A stretch of DNA of 64,000 bases, taken from the NCBI RefSeq assembly GCF_009914755.1, contig NC_060927.1; one strand, given 5' to 3'. The DNA comes from the human T2T-CHM13v2.0 reference genome, Homo sapiens. Each line of letters starts with the position of its first letter. Position 1 is the first letter of the stretch. Below are positions 42,874 to 56,795 of the stretch, piece after piece. The position numbers were made by a program, and so were the translations under genes. The notes below the pieces were generated by a model. It saw only the letters and a list, made by a program, of their open reading frames with translations. It ran no database searches and was not told where the DNA came from.

Positions 42874-45322
42874 TGCAGTCAGATAATTTTTAACACCCAG
42901 GTCATGACAGGCAGCTCAGATCGCATGGTAACATGGTGGCCTGTTCAAGTATTCAGTTTCTATTAAGGCCCAGTAGCAGGCCAAAAGTGGTCTCTCACAT
43001 GGAGAGCATCTGTAAATTATGGCAGGCCTTGCTCCAAAACCCTAAAGGCCTGCACTGCGATTCTCCTATGGGGGTCTGCTAAAGGTTCCAAGCAGCATCC
43101 CTATCTGCCACTGACATTTCAGGTACCATTGGGTCTGCTGGATCCTATGGCTCAGGTGGCAGAGAAGCTTGCACAGCAACTCCCTACTGGGGATCCTCCT
43201 CCTGTTCTGGGCCTCACTCAAAGCTAGCAGCTTTTCAGGTCACTCAGGAAAAGGGCCAGAGTAACATACCCAAACGAGGCATATGTCTCCTCCAAAATCC
43301 AAATAGGCCCACTAGGCATTGTGCCTCTTTCTTGGTTGTAGGAGTGGCCAGATGAAACAACTTACCTTTTGCTTTAGACCTTCTAAAGTACCCTACACCA
43401 CTGGACCCCTAGAAATTTAACTAAGATGAAAGGCCCCTGAATTTTAGTCAGCTATTCCCCCATCCTCTGACATGCAAATGCCTTATCAATCAGTCAAGAG
43501 TAGTTGCTACTTGTGGCTCACTAGATACAATCAGTGTAATGTCATCAATGTAATGAAGCAGTGTGACATCTTGTGGAAGGAAAAGGTGATCAAGATGTCT
43601 GCAAACTAAATTATAACAGGGCTGGAGGGTTGATATATTCCTGAGGGTAGGACGATGAAGGTGTATTGCTGGCTTGCCAATTGAGAGCAAACCATCACAC
43701 AAAACCAAAAGCATTGCTGATACTACCCTGGTCTGCCGTCCACACTCACAAAGCAGGGGAATGCTGAATCTCAGGGCTTTGTGAAAATGAAAATGTAATC
43801 TCTTTCCGCTCAAGTTCATGAAACTCTGAATTGTGTCCAAGGATGCTTTGGGATCTGTAGACAAAAGATGCTTATTCTTCTCATGTGAAATGTGTTCTGG
43901 AAACTGTAGTTCAGGATGAGTATAGATGCTCAAGGAAGAAGTGAGGACCCACACTTCCAGGTTCTTGTCCTGATATCTTTAGAGTGTGAGTTTTGCCTTC
44001 ACAGTTGCAAAATGGCTGTAGCACTTCCAGACATTTCTTCTGCATTTCAGGTAGGAGAAGAGAGAAGAAAAAAAAAAAAGAAAAAAGGTACATGCCTTTT
44101 ATTCTGGGTCTGTCCATTGTTATCAGGAAAACAATGCTTTTTCTGGAAGTCTCATCCTGAATACTTTGGCTGGCAACTTATTAGCTAGAACTGGTGACTT
44201 GATCATCTCCAGCTGGATGAGACTCTGGGGAGGGCGTATTCTAACTGGGTATACTGCAGCCCAAACCAGAGTTGCATTAGGAAGATGAAGGGAAGGAGAA
44301 AATTGGGTAAACTAACCAATGATGCCAGTCATGACTGATGTAGGGCTTCTTAATAAGTTCTCTTCTCAAAAGCTTATGATTTTTACCATTCCCATTTGGA
44401 TAAGCTATGGAGAAATTCAAGTTTGGCTTCATTCATTCAGTTTATCCATTCATACTTTGATCCACTACTTATTGGAGGCCAATTTTGTGCCTGGCCTGGT
44501 TAGGTATGGGGTCACATCATGTTGAACAAAACAGCCAGGTTCCTTGGGTCCTACAGTTTAAGGGAAGCAGGGATAAAAATGTGGTAGGATTATAAAAATC
44601 ACTCACACTGCACCCAGATGGCAAGGAAAATGCCACTTCTTTTATTTCCTCTAACTGATGGATCTCAGGCTCTTCTGGTTTCAATGGTCTCATTTCAGTT
44701 TAAGTATCCAGTTTATTCAAAATTCATTTGCTTCTGACAAGATTGCTAATTGGCTCCCAGCTAATTCCTTCTCACCCCAGAGCATGTGGAAATGCAGGAT
44801 TCCTCCATGTGACCCTGCAACAGTGGGAGGCTTAGAAAAGCTAAGACTCCAGGCCTCCCCTTCCCCTGGGCCTTCCAGTCTGTATCCTCTGTCCACTCTG
44901 GGGCACCTGGTATATCAGAATTAGGGCAGATCCACCTGAGAGCCAATTCCACCCAGAGCCATGAATATGAGGTTGACAAGCCCCTTGTCCTGCGGGCACT
45001 GCCAATCTGCCTAAGGCACCTCTTCATTCTGGAGCTTTGGCCCAAAGAGGGAAGCCTCACCTCAGCCTCTCCATCTGTTTCCTTTGTTTCTCCTCAATTG
45101 CCTGAACCTGAAGAGGTGGGTACCCCATTTCTTTCTGCCATATCCCCAGTTCTCCCTAACCTGGCATTGTGGAAATATCCTGGTCCAATTGGCCTGCTCT
45201 TGGTATGCTAAGGAAAATCTTGTTAGTTATATACTGATCTCTTCTCCCTGCAAGCCAGAAGGCTAATTAATCTGGGGAGGGAGGGCTAGAACATGAAGTT
45301 CTGATTGGTTTTAGCATTCTTA

Positions 45323-45660
<338 letters not shown>

Positions 45661-46219
45661 GAAAAATGCTGTTTTGGTGACTGTTTCCCTGATGCAAGCT
45701 TACTTTGCCATGGGCCCCTTTATACTGAGTGAGTAGCGTTCTAGTTAATCGAGGTCTTACTACATACACTGTCAACTTCGTGTGGGCAAGGGTGGAATGT
45801 AATTTGCACACCAGCTTCAGTGACTACCTGTCATGTAGTAGATGCTTTGTAATAGCATGTATGTGAATGAATGAATAAAATGCATAGACTTGTGTTAGCA
45901 AACGGTTTACTTTGCAGGCATGGAAGATCCTGTGTTCTACCCAGATTTTTCAGCTACAATTTTTTTAAGTGTCCTTTTGGGAAATAGCACTATTTGATAA
46001 GACAGAGTCTCACCTGGTTGGGGCTGGGCTTGATGAACTTGTTTTTACCCACCTCTTGAAATGTCATTATAATTCTGGTTTGTCCGCCTGTGTCTCCCAA
46101 GAAAAGGGGAAACAGTGGTTTGGCTTCTCTCTTCCCAAAGAGCCAGCTCAGGCTTCCCTGTGTTACTACTTTTGGGTAAGAGGCTGAAAGCACAGAGGTG
46201 AGGTTAAGACCATGGGCTT

Positions 46220-46700
46220 AGGAGTCAGACAGAACTGACTGGAGTCCACATTCCAGTAGACAGACCACTTGGCACTCTGCCCATGCAAACCACTCTGGCT
46301 TTCCCCTGTCCTCGGACAAGCCAAACACAGTCCATCTCCAGGCCTTCGTACTGGCTGTTATCTCTTCCTGGAAACCTCTTCCCTGAGCTGCCAATCTGGT
46401 TAAATGTCTCCTTGGAGGGGCTTTTTCTGACCATGCCATCTCAGGTAGAGGCCACCTTCCCTGTCTTGCCATCTCAGGTCAAGGCCACCCTCCCTGTGAG
46501 TTCCTCTCTAAACTGCTCCCTGCTTCAAGCTCTTCAAGCAAATTTCATCTTGTGCTGCTGTCCACGTGTTTATTGGATTCCCCACTAGAATGTAAGTACT
46601 GTGAGGACAGGGCCTTTGGCTGTCTTGTTCACTGCTCAGAGCAAGGCCTGGCAGAAAGCAGACACACAAAGCCTGATTGTTGAAATGAATGTAGAAATGA
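46220..46700. mobile_element. L2 3' fragment, followed by a MIR at ~46705-46800
   Basis: cccactagaatgtaagtactgtgaggacagggcc...tgtcttgttcactgc...ttgttgaaatgaatg; MIR core tctctgagcctcagtttcctcatct. Confidence 0.65.
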
Positions 46701-48282
46701 ATAAAGTTGTTTAAGTTCTCTGAGCCTCAGTTTCCTCATCTCTCAAGTGGCTATAAACATACCATAGAGAGTTGTCAAGATTGAGATATGTATGGAAGTG
46801 ATGGCCTTGATACAGGTTCTTGATATAACATGGTGACTCTGAGGACCTTCTTGACCATCTAATACTCCCTGGGCTCTAAGGGTCAGTAGATACCTCCAGA
46901 GGCTTATTAACTGCTCTGACTTTTAGTCTGCTGGGTGGAACAGGCGGAAGAAATATCCTTGCCAACAATTAAATTGTTTAAAGGATAGTGCTGCCAGTCG
47001 CACATTATTGTTATTTCAAAGCTGGTGCTTTGAGGAATTTGGAAACAATCTTCTTGGAGGCATTCCCATGGCTAGGCATTACAGCTCGGACTATAATCTC
47101 ACTATAAATGTGCCTTTCCTCTTTAAGCAGAGGGTTATTAAGTTTAACAGTGTCAAAGTACTCTCCATATTACATACAACTTAATTAGTGTACAAGGCAA
47201 TATTAAACAGCCCATTCACACTGAGAAATATTTATACTTCTCTTTCCTTGGCTTATATTGATTTATCCCATGACACACAGAAATGTAAATTACAAAGGAG
47301 TAATTATTTGTTCCTATAACAAAGGAAGAGATTGAGACTTGTGTGTCCACATGCTTGCTTGGGATGCGGCACTTGGGGAGGGTGGCGGGAGAGGAGAAGC
47401 ACTTGGTGGAAATCTCATTTCCTCAAGAAAACCTCCTCAGACTCCAAGGCTAGGTTAGGTTCCTCATTTTTCTCTCCCAGAGCTTTTCTTTCAACACATA
47501 CCTCCAGAGGGTTTATCTGTTTATCCTCTGTCTCCCCATCCACATGTGAATTCCAAGATGCTGGGAGTGGGATTGTCCCAGTCACTACTGTATTCCCACA
47601 TCTAACACAGCGTCCGGTGGATAGGAGGTACTCAATCACTATATAAATACGTTCCAACACGTTTATTAAACACCTTATCTGGGCCAGGGATTGTGTACTT
47701 CTGGGTGCATGTGTTGGGGCAGGGGTTATCAATGGTCACCAAAATCAGAGTTAATGACCTCATGGAGTTTATAGTCAGAATGAAGAGATAGACATTTTTT
47801 AAAAATTACAACCATGATAGGGTACCTAGTGCTATGAATATTTATTCCAGGAGTCTGACCTAATGAAGAAGGTCAGGGAAGTTTTCCACAAAGAAGCGAT
47901 ATTTAAGCTGAGATCTGAAGGATACGGGGGCATTAATACATGCAACAGGGAAGGAAGGGAGCAAGTCGTAGCACCCAAGACCCCAGGGTAGGAGAGCCCA
48001 GGGGAAAGTAAAAGAACCCTAAAGAGCAGTGTGGCTGGGGAGAGAAGAGCCATGTGGTCCAGACAAATCTGGAGGGAGGGGGAGGACTGTATCCCACAGG
48101 ACTTGGATGGCCACGATGCACAGCATCTAATTTGTGGATTGAATGGGAAGGGATTTTCCCAGAGATTTCTGCCCTGGGATCTCTATTCTTTTCTCAACAC
48201 ATTCCTTTCAGAGAACCAGGGCAGGAATCCAAAGTGGAGACCACCAGGCTCTGGTCATGTTGGGGTTGATTTTATTTTCCTA

Positions 48283-48813
48283 AGATTGTGGCAACACGAA
48301 CTCCCATCCCACAGGCCCTTCTGTGATGTGACCTGGCCACAGCTCCCTTGAGCCTGGGCTGGCCTGAACTGTAACCAAGAGGATGTGGTGGAAGAGAAGC
48401 TGTGTGACTTCTGGGACTAGTTCAGAAAAGGTCATGAGCTTTGTTTTCTTTTTACCTAGCTCACTTGGAACATTTGCTTTCTGGATGCTCCTCTTGGGAG
48501 CCAGCTGCCATTCTGGGAGAGAGTCAAGCCATGTGGAGAGGCCACATGTAGACCCTCTGGTCAATGGTCCCAGCTAAAGCCCAGCCTCCGGGTCATCCCA
48601 GCCCAGGCACCAGGCATGTGAGAAGCCTCCCAGTGATTCCAGCCACCAAGTGTTCAGTCACCCCCACCCCTTTGAGCCTTTCCAGCTGAGGTCCCAGATA
48701 TCATGAAGCTGAGTTAAGCTGTCCACGGAACCCATGCGTGTACTACTATGGTAGTGGTCTTATATCACTCAAGTTTGGGGTGGTTTGTTGTGCAGTGAGA
48801 GGTAACTGGGACG
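48283..48813 (+). mobile_element. MaLR LTR (MLT1F-like)
   Basis: tgtgacttctgggactag ... ggagccagctgccat ... aagtttggggtggtttgttgtgcag...gtaactgggac. Confidence 0.7.
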
Positions 48814-50690
48814 CATGTTAAAGGAGCCATGATAGGCAATTTTGCCCAGAGCAGCAGGGTGGCAACTGAGTCGGTTACAATCATCTGAACTATCATCAGA
48901 TTGGAACTCAGAGGTTCTGTTTAAAGGACTCTAATTCTCTCTCGTGATGGAGTAGAAACCTGAGAGATGCCACCTTCAACTCAAAAGCCCAGCTCTCCCC
49001 TTCGACGCAGGGTCAAGGCAAGACAGGGAATAAACAGGTCACTCCCACAGTTCTCGTTTGCCTTTTCCCAGATGTGAAAGTTACACACTGACTGTGATTT
49101 TCTGCCCGAGTCCTTATTTAATTGTTATTTTGGGATCAGTTGCTTTTGAAAGATCCCCCAGCTGATACAGACTGCTGGTATCCTGCCAAGAGAGATAAAC
49201 AGTCTCATCTTGCACTGCATTTGGATTCAGTGTCAGCAGAATATAGCAGCTGCCTCCCAGCAGAACTGTCTGTGGTGGAAATACCTGGGTGGTCTGATTC
49301 AAATTCACCTTTCAAATCTTTACCTTGTCAATTTTGGTAACATGCAGCTGCCACATTCATGAGCACATGATCAGGTTTCTCAAACAGTCGAAATCCCTGA
49401 CAACCATGCTGGTGAGCAACCTATCCTGATCACCCGAAATACTAGTGATTATTCTTTTCAACTAAAATATGTAAACAAAACCTGATGCTAAGCAAATGTT
49501 CACTTTTGTGCTCTTTAAAAAATGTTATGAATTAAATTGAAATTACTCAGCACAATAATAAATACTTACCAAGTGTTATTTTGCACTTCAGGTGGTAAAA
49601 CTGTAACTGTGAATAAATTGCTTATAGTAAGATTTTTTCCCCTTGAATGCTGTAGCAGCAGATGGGCTAATAAATATGCAACACTTTGTAACATTTGCAA
49701 TTTCAGAGGGGTAGAGGTTCCTCCACCTTTCACATAAACAAAACGTATAGTCATCCAATATTATACTTTTTAATGGAAAAGCTTAAGTCATGTAATGTAA
49801 ATACCACTTCACTTTCAACAATTTTACTAGTTGCGCAACAGTAAGATGAAAGAACACATAAGATGGTATTTATATTCTCTCTTTACAAGAACATTTTCTT
49901 CCTTTCTTGGGAACTTTTCTGAGTTTGAAAACAAGAAGGATTCTTGTACCTTCATTGGAAACGAAGGTGGGGAGCATCAATAAGCAGCAATTTATTATAT
50001 GATTCTCTTTGCTTCTGGATGAATGTGAGTGGTGGTTAGGAGCAGATTGTGGTGACAGGCAGGTCTCTGCTCCTCATTAGCTTGATGACCTTTGGCAGAT
50101 CCCATTCTCTTTCTGGTACCAAGTTTTTGCCTTTGTCAGGTGGGGTGTAAGTAGTAACCTTCCCCTTAGGGCTAGTAAGAGGATTAAATAATGCAAGTAA
50201 TGCCTGGCATGTGGCATATTCAATGACCACTGTTTTCATTATATTTAAGGTGACTGAGTGAGTGGCATAGGGTTTAATAAAAAATGTTTTTTTATGGGAA
50301 AGGACAACCATGGTTAAATATATGCCCGTGAATTCTGACAGAAGAGGTAGGTGCCTTAGGCGCACATTTTTTGTTGTTCTAGCCTGTCTCACGTGGATAG
50401 AGGACAAACATTCATTCGCTGGTCTCTGTTCTTGGGGAAGTAACATAGATACAAATCCTTCATTCCAGGATGCTGAGGTTTAATCCCTTTGAAAGGAGGG
50501 TGCTCCATGCTGTGGAGGGGCCTGGGGAATTCTCAAGTTGGTTTGTGGGGGTCAAGCAGGTTCTTCCTTTTCCCTGCTGGGGCTGGCTGGAGGATGGGAG
50601 GCCTCTAACACCACAAAGGTGGTGAAGGCAAACTGGAAAATCACCATGGGGAAGAGACGTGCAAGGTGACTAAAATCTTGGGAGCAGCAG

Positions 50691-51250
50691 TGTTGGGAAA
50701 AGGGCTTGTGGGGTGCCTGTATAAACTGGCCATAAAAATATGGGACAATAAGTTGTGGAAAGCCACAAGAGGTCTCTGAGGAGGAAAGCCTCCTAATAGC
50801 CCTCATGTTCCCATGCTTAGAGCGAGACCCTCTCTCTTATCTGTAAACACTGTGTTCAAGGAGAAAGGCACTCCTTTGAAGCACTGGAATGTGGACAGAC
50901 GTGTGGGCTCCTATTTAAGCCCGCTCCCACTAGCTACTCTCCGATAAGTTAAAGATATGCTGTTTGAGCACAAAGGAGATTCGTTTAAATCACTCTTGCT
51001 ACAGATTACGCCTATGACGCACTGCCACCCTTTCACTGTTTCGCCCGGAACATCTGCTTCTTAGATCTAAGTGATTGTACTGAATATATAGCATGGAGAC
51101 CAGAGCTCGGCGCCTTTTGCAGCCTCCATTTTGCAACTGGCCCCCTGGCTCCCACCTTTATGAACTCTTAACCTGTCTCTTCTCAATCCTTTGTCGCCAC
51201 CGGACTTCGGGTACCCTACGGGTGGGTGGTGTTGAGGCTGGTCCCCAACA
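50691..51250 (+). mobile_element. HERV-K-class solo LTR (LTR14C-like); 6-bp TSD cagcag
   Basis: tgttgggaaaagggcttgtggggtgcctgtataaactggcc ... gaggctggtccccaaca; TG...CA termini; 6-bp TSD typical of ERVK; retains CpGs. Confidence 0.75.
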
Positions 51251-51899
51251 CAGCAGCAGTTGGGATCTGGAAGTCAGCCCCAGGAAGCAGCCAACAAACA
51301 GATTAGTGGAGCATTGCCAGGGGAGTCCCAGAAAGAGCTGAGCAACACTTTGATGGAGGTAGGGGAGCAGAGGTTCTGCTATTATTACTTTGGAGGGGAC
51401 CACCGAACCAGTAAACATTTGGGTTATGTTGATATTAATGACAATTATGGCAATAATAGCTTGGTATGTAGCAGTATTCTTCGAAGTCCCAATAATTGCC
51501 TTCAAGAATTATCACTTCAAGTTTGAAACAAAGTTATCTATATTTTTATCAGACACAAAGACAGACTTTTCTTTCTACCATGTCCTTTATGTGCAAGGAA
51601 GGCAGATCAGTGAAAGTTCCTTAGCTGTTTTGAGAGTCATTAACTTCCTCTCAGCTTCTGTGAGCTGTCATCAGTGGAGAGCTCTGGCCACAGCCCATAC
51701 TATCCTGGTGTCCTTGGGAAGTAAAGAAGGTAAGGAGTGATCTGAAGTGGAGCTCTTTGGACTGTTTCTGGGTTGCCGGTTGTTGTGGCTATGGTTTGGT
51801 TTTTCCCAGCACCCTTTCCCCCTGCTTCTGCTGGCAATGGATCATGTCCCACCTCCTCGCTATCACAGTGACTAGTCACTGGGTCAGTAACAGTCTGAC

Positions 51900-52391
51900 T
51901 GTAACCAACACGACGGGTGGTTCAATCACCTGACAGGTGTCAGTCGCATGACCACAATCAAGGAGGATTTAGCAAGGGGATTTTATTACTTGCAAGAAGT
52001 AAGGACACCCACGACAGTTCCCCAAAGCAGTGCCTCCACAAACAAAGGTGAAACAGGGCTTTTTTTGAGCTGGTTGGCTGAGTCATTGTGTGTGGAGGTG
52101 GAGTAAAGGCAACACACACAGGTGCAGTCACCCATCGTGCTTCTTCATACATTGCATGTGTAGAAAATGGCAAATAAACTCCTCTCTGGACTGGATTTTT
52201 AGTATGGTAATGAGGAGAGTTCACCAAAGTTCATCTCCAACTCAGGCATCTCTGGATCCATCTGGTTTTTATTTTTTTGGGGCTGAGCTTCTTTCTGGAG
52301 CTTTTTGGAACAAGAAGAACTCAAGGTGCAACAGTTACAAGTGAGTTCTTTTCCATCGCGTGCACCCTAAAGCCTGGGACCCTGAGTTAAA
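51900..52391. mobile_element. ERV1-class LTR, family not assigned
   Basis: Starts tgtaacc..., ends ...ccctgagttaaa; contains ttttattacttgcaa (reverse-strand AATAAA). LTR-like length. Confidence 0.45.
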
Positions 52392-52685
52392 AGAGTAGCA
52401 CATCCCCTTGGCCAAAACAAATGGATTGCTTTGTGATTCAAGCTAAGCTGGGAAAGAGAAGTCTTCTTTCATCTTGGGCCACTGTCTGGGAATGATGGAA
52501 GCTTAGCACTGCCTGTTAGAGGAGGCCTAGTTCATAAGACTAGGGGCTCAGGATTGGATCTGACCATTTCAATACCATTTTAGCCCCAGGATTCACTAGG
52601 TAAGGCATACGACATATTCAGAGAAAGAACTATATAGGGTAAATCATTGGAGTTTCTTCATAGATGGGATTTTTTGCTCCAATGG

Positions 52686-53540
52686 TGTATCAGTGATAAG
52701 TAGGTAATGCAGAAGCATACGACCCTCAAATCTAAGCTGAATACAATGAAAGTTTGTTTCTTGTCCACACAGCATGCTGTCATGGGCTGGCAGGGGCACT
52801 CTACTTATCATAGGCTCTCAAGGATCCAGTCTGGCAGAATGATAAAGTCTTTAAGCCAGAAGGAATAAAGTGTTCTGCAGGACCTCTCACTGGAAAGTAA
52901 GAAACACACTCAGCAGGAAAGCAACCCATCCCTTCCACTCACACCATCAGAATAGATGAAAGTGACCCATCTCTTCCACTCACACCATCAGAATAAATGA
53001 AAGTGACCCATCCCTTCCACTCACACCATCAGAAGAGATGAGAATGACCTATTACTTCCACTCACACCATCAGAAGAGATGAGAAGGACCCATCACTTGC
53101 ACTCACACCATCAGAAGAGATGAGAAGGACCCATCACTTCCCTTCACACCATCAGAAGAGATGAGAACAACCCAATACTTCCACTGACACCATCAGAAGA
53201 GACAAGAATGACCCATCACTTCCACTCACGCCATCAGAAGAGATGAGAAGGACCCATCACTTCCACTCACACCATCAGAAGAGACAAGAATGACCCATTA
53301 CTTCCACTCGCGCCATCAGAAGAGATGAGAGCGACCCATCCCTTCCACTCACGCCATCAGAAGAGATGAGAGCGACCCATCCCTTCCACTCACACCATCA
53401 GAACAGATGAGAATGACCCATCACTTCCACTCACACCATCAGAAAAGATGAGAAGGACCCATCACTTCCACTCACACCATTAGAAGAGATGACTTGGCTC
53501 CACCTCCCATAGGGGGCCAGGAAGTGCTATCCTACAGTGT
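52686..53540 (-). mobile_element. MLT1K/J-like MaLR LTR containing an expanded minisatellite
   Basis: Left flank ccctcaaatct...acaatgaaagtttgtttcttg; right flank ggctccacctcccatagggggccaggaagtgctatcctac. Confidence 0.55.
52919..53490. repeat. 41-bp minisatellite (VNTR), ~14 copies
   Basis: Consensus agaagagatgagaatgacccatcacttccactcacaccatc repeated head to tail. Confidence 0.95.
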
Positions 53541-53740
53541 TCTCATTCTGTTGCTCCTCAGTCCATTTGGTTCTTTCTTCTGCAAATTTTCCTTTACCTT
53601 TCCTTGCCCACATCTAAAGTGAGCATTGAAGAATATGTCCTCCTTGGGGGCAGAACAGCTTTCTCAGCCTGCCTCCTGCCTGGGGAAAGGGGGAGGGCCC
53701 AGGGTAGCTTTAAATTTTGAACAGTTGTAAATATTTCTAG

Positions 53741-54273
<533 letters not shown>

Positions 54274-55119
54274 TGATGGAGAAGCCAGCATCTTGAACAT
54301 TACAGTTGCTATGTAGAGTGGAAAAAAATCAAGTGGCAAAGTATGCCAGTTCTTAAATCTGTCACCTGGAAGTGCATCACTTCTGCTCACATTTTATTGG
54401 CTAAAGAAGCAGGTCATGTAGTCAAACTTCATTTCAAGTGGGCCACAGGGTGCAGGTGGCAGAATGCAGTTAGAGTGCATAGAAAGCTGCAATCTTTGTG
54501 GACAGAATGAGCGACCATAGCATGGTATTGCATTTTGGTGAGCATGTGCTGCATAAACAGAAAGTAGAAAGTGAGATTAAACTGTAAAGACCACTGATTA
54601 TTCTGGTAAGTGGGCTAAGTCTATAGTAACATGTTATTATAATTAAATAACGTAATAATGTAATGGGACTGCCTTGAAAGTTTTGCATAGGAAAATACCT
54701 TTGGCTGTCCCATTGGGGAGGAAATTGGAAGAAGATTCACGTCCTCATATTAGAGAAATAGCTGGCTAAATGAATAGATTCCTGAAAGTTGGTTGTTCCA
54801 TGGGATTTATGCCAAAGACTAAAGAATTTTGATGTTTGTGTTATTCAGACCTTTACGTGATTTGTAAAAACTTCACATGGCTGCAAGAGAAGATATTCTT
54901 TCAGATATTATTTGGGTTAATGAGGAAATTGGACATGGCCTTAGGATGAAATGGAAGGCAGGCACAGATTGGGTCAGTTGATTATTCTGTGCTGAGCTAG
55001 CACAGAATTAAGTCAGTAACTTAAAAACATAAATGAATGAATGTCAGAGTTCCATTCATTTTAGGCTGATTGTGGAGGAAATCATATGCCAGAGCTTTGG
55101 TAAATGCATGAACTCTACA

Positions 55120-56060
55120 CACCGTATTGGAGAGAACTGACATTTTAATAATATTGATTCTTCTCATCTATGAACATGGAACATCCTTTCAATTACTAGG
55201 TCTTTGTTGTAGCCTCTTTCCAAGACATCTCTCAACAGCCCTAGCCTCCTGAAATTTACACCCTGTGTAAATTTGGTGCAGTCTCTACCGCATTGACTCA
55301 GAGCTGGTCTGTGTGACCAATCAAGTATGGATGATGATGATGTGTGACTGCTGGGGCTAGGTCATAAAAGGCATTGCAGCTCCCTTTGTGGCTTCTTGGA
55401 TCATTTCTCTGAAGGAAGCCAACCACAATGTTTCATAGTCACTCAGTCATATGGAGAGGCCCATATCCCAGCTCAAGTAAAACCTTCAGATGGCTGCAGT
55501 CTGGACCAAAAAATCTTGACTGCAACCTCATGAGAGACCCCAAGCCAGAACCACTCAGTTAGAGCACTCCTGAATTTCTGACCTGTTTATTCTTATTTTA
55601 AGCAACTAAGTTTTAGGGTAATGTGTTATGCAGCAATAGACAACTAATATAATATTTTAATTCGTATCAATAAATGTTTCATAATTTTGTGCACAGAAAA
55701 CTTGTACTTTTAAAATTAATTAGATTTTTATTAGATTTATTTCTAGGTATTTGATGTTCTTTGATGCATCTATAAATTGTATACTTTAAATTTTATTAAT
55801 ATTTTGTGTCTTGTATACAGTAAAACAATTGATTTTTATATAATGACTTTTATCCAACAACATTAACGAATTCTTATAACTTTTATTAATTTATGTGTAG
55901 ATAAAAGAGTTGTTTTAAGACACTAGATAAGTTTGTTAATTTTAGTAATTTATCTGTAGATTTTCTTGGGTTTTCTATGAATGCAATAATGTCATCTGCA
56001 AATAATGACAGTGTTGTGTCTTTCTAATTCATATGGCTTTTATTTTTAATTCTGGCTTTA
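55120..56060 (-). mobile_element. Old L1M ORF2 fragment interrupted by an MLT1 LTR (~55207-55650)
   Basis: atattgattcttctcatctatgaacatgg ... atgtcatctgcaaataatgacagt; the MLT1 part has ctaggtcataaaaggcattgc...tgttatgcagcaatagacaactaata. Confidence 0.7.
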
Positions 56061-56146
56061 TTTGTATTTATTTGTATAAGCTTTTTAGTTGTTCCCAATG
56101 CAAGGCCTGGTCTATACCAAATTAGTCTGCTATTATTGAAAGTTGA

Positions 56147-56499
<353 letters not shown>

Positions 56500-56544
56500 T
56501 CATTTTGTCATTTTAAGGCTCACTCTGAATGCTGTGTTGAGGAT

Positions 56545-56795
56545 TAAACAGAATAAATAAGCTTTTGAGATCTGTTGCATAGCATGATGTCTATAGCTAA
56601 TGTAATGTATATTTCAAAATTGCTCAGAGTAGATTTTAAATGTTTTCACCACAAAAATTGGTAAGTACTGTATGGGAGATGATGAATATGTTAATTAACT
56701 TGATTAATCATTCCATCATGTATGCATATATCAAAACATCACATTGTACTTCGTAAATATGTAGAATTATTATCTGTCAATTAAAAGTTAAACAA
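56545..56795 (+). mobile_element. L1MA 3' end inserted in an L2
   Basis: gagatctgttgcatagcatg...caaaattgctcagagtagattttaaatg...tatcaaaacatcacattgtac. Confidence 0.7.

Noticed and set aside
52919-53490. CRISPR-like regularly spaced repeat
   Set aside because: Units are head to tail with no unique spacers, there are no cas genes and the DNA is primate. It is a minisatellite.
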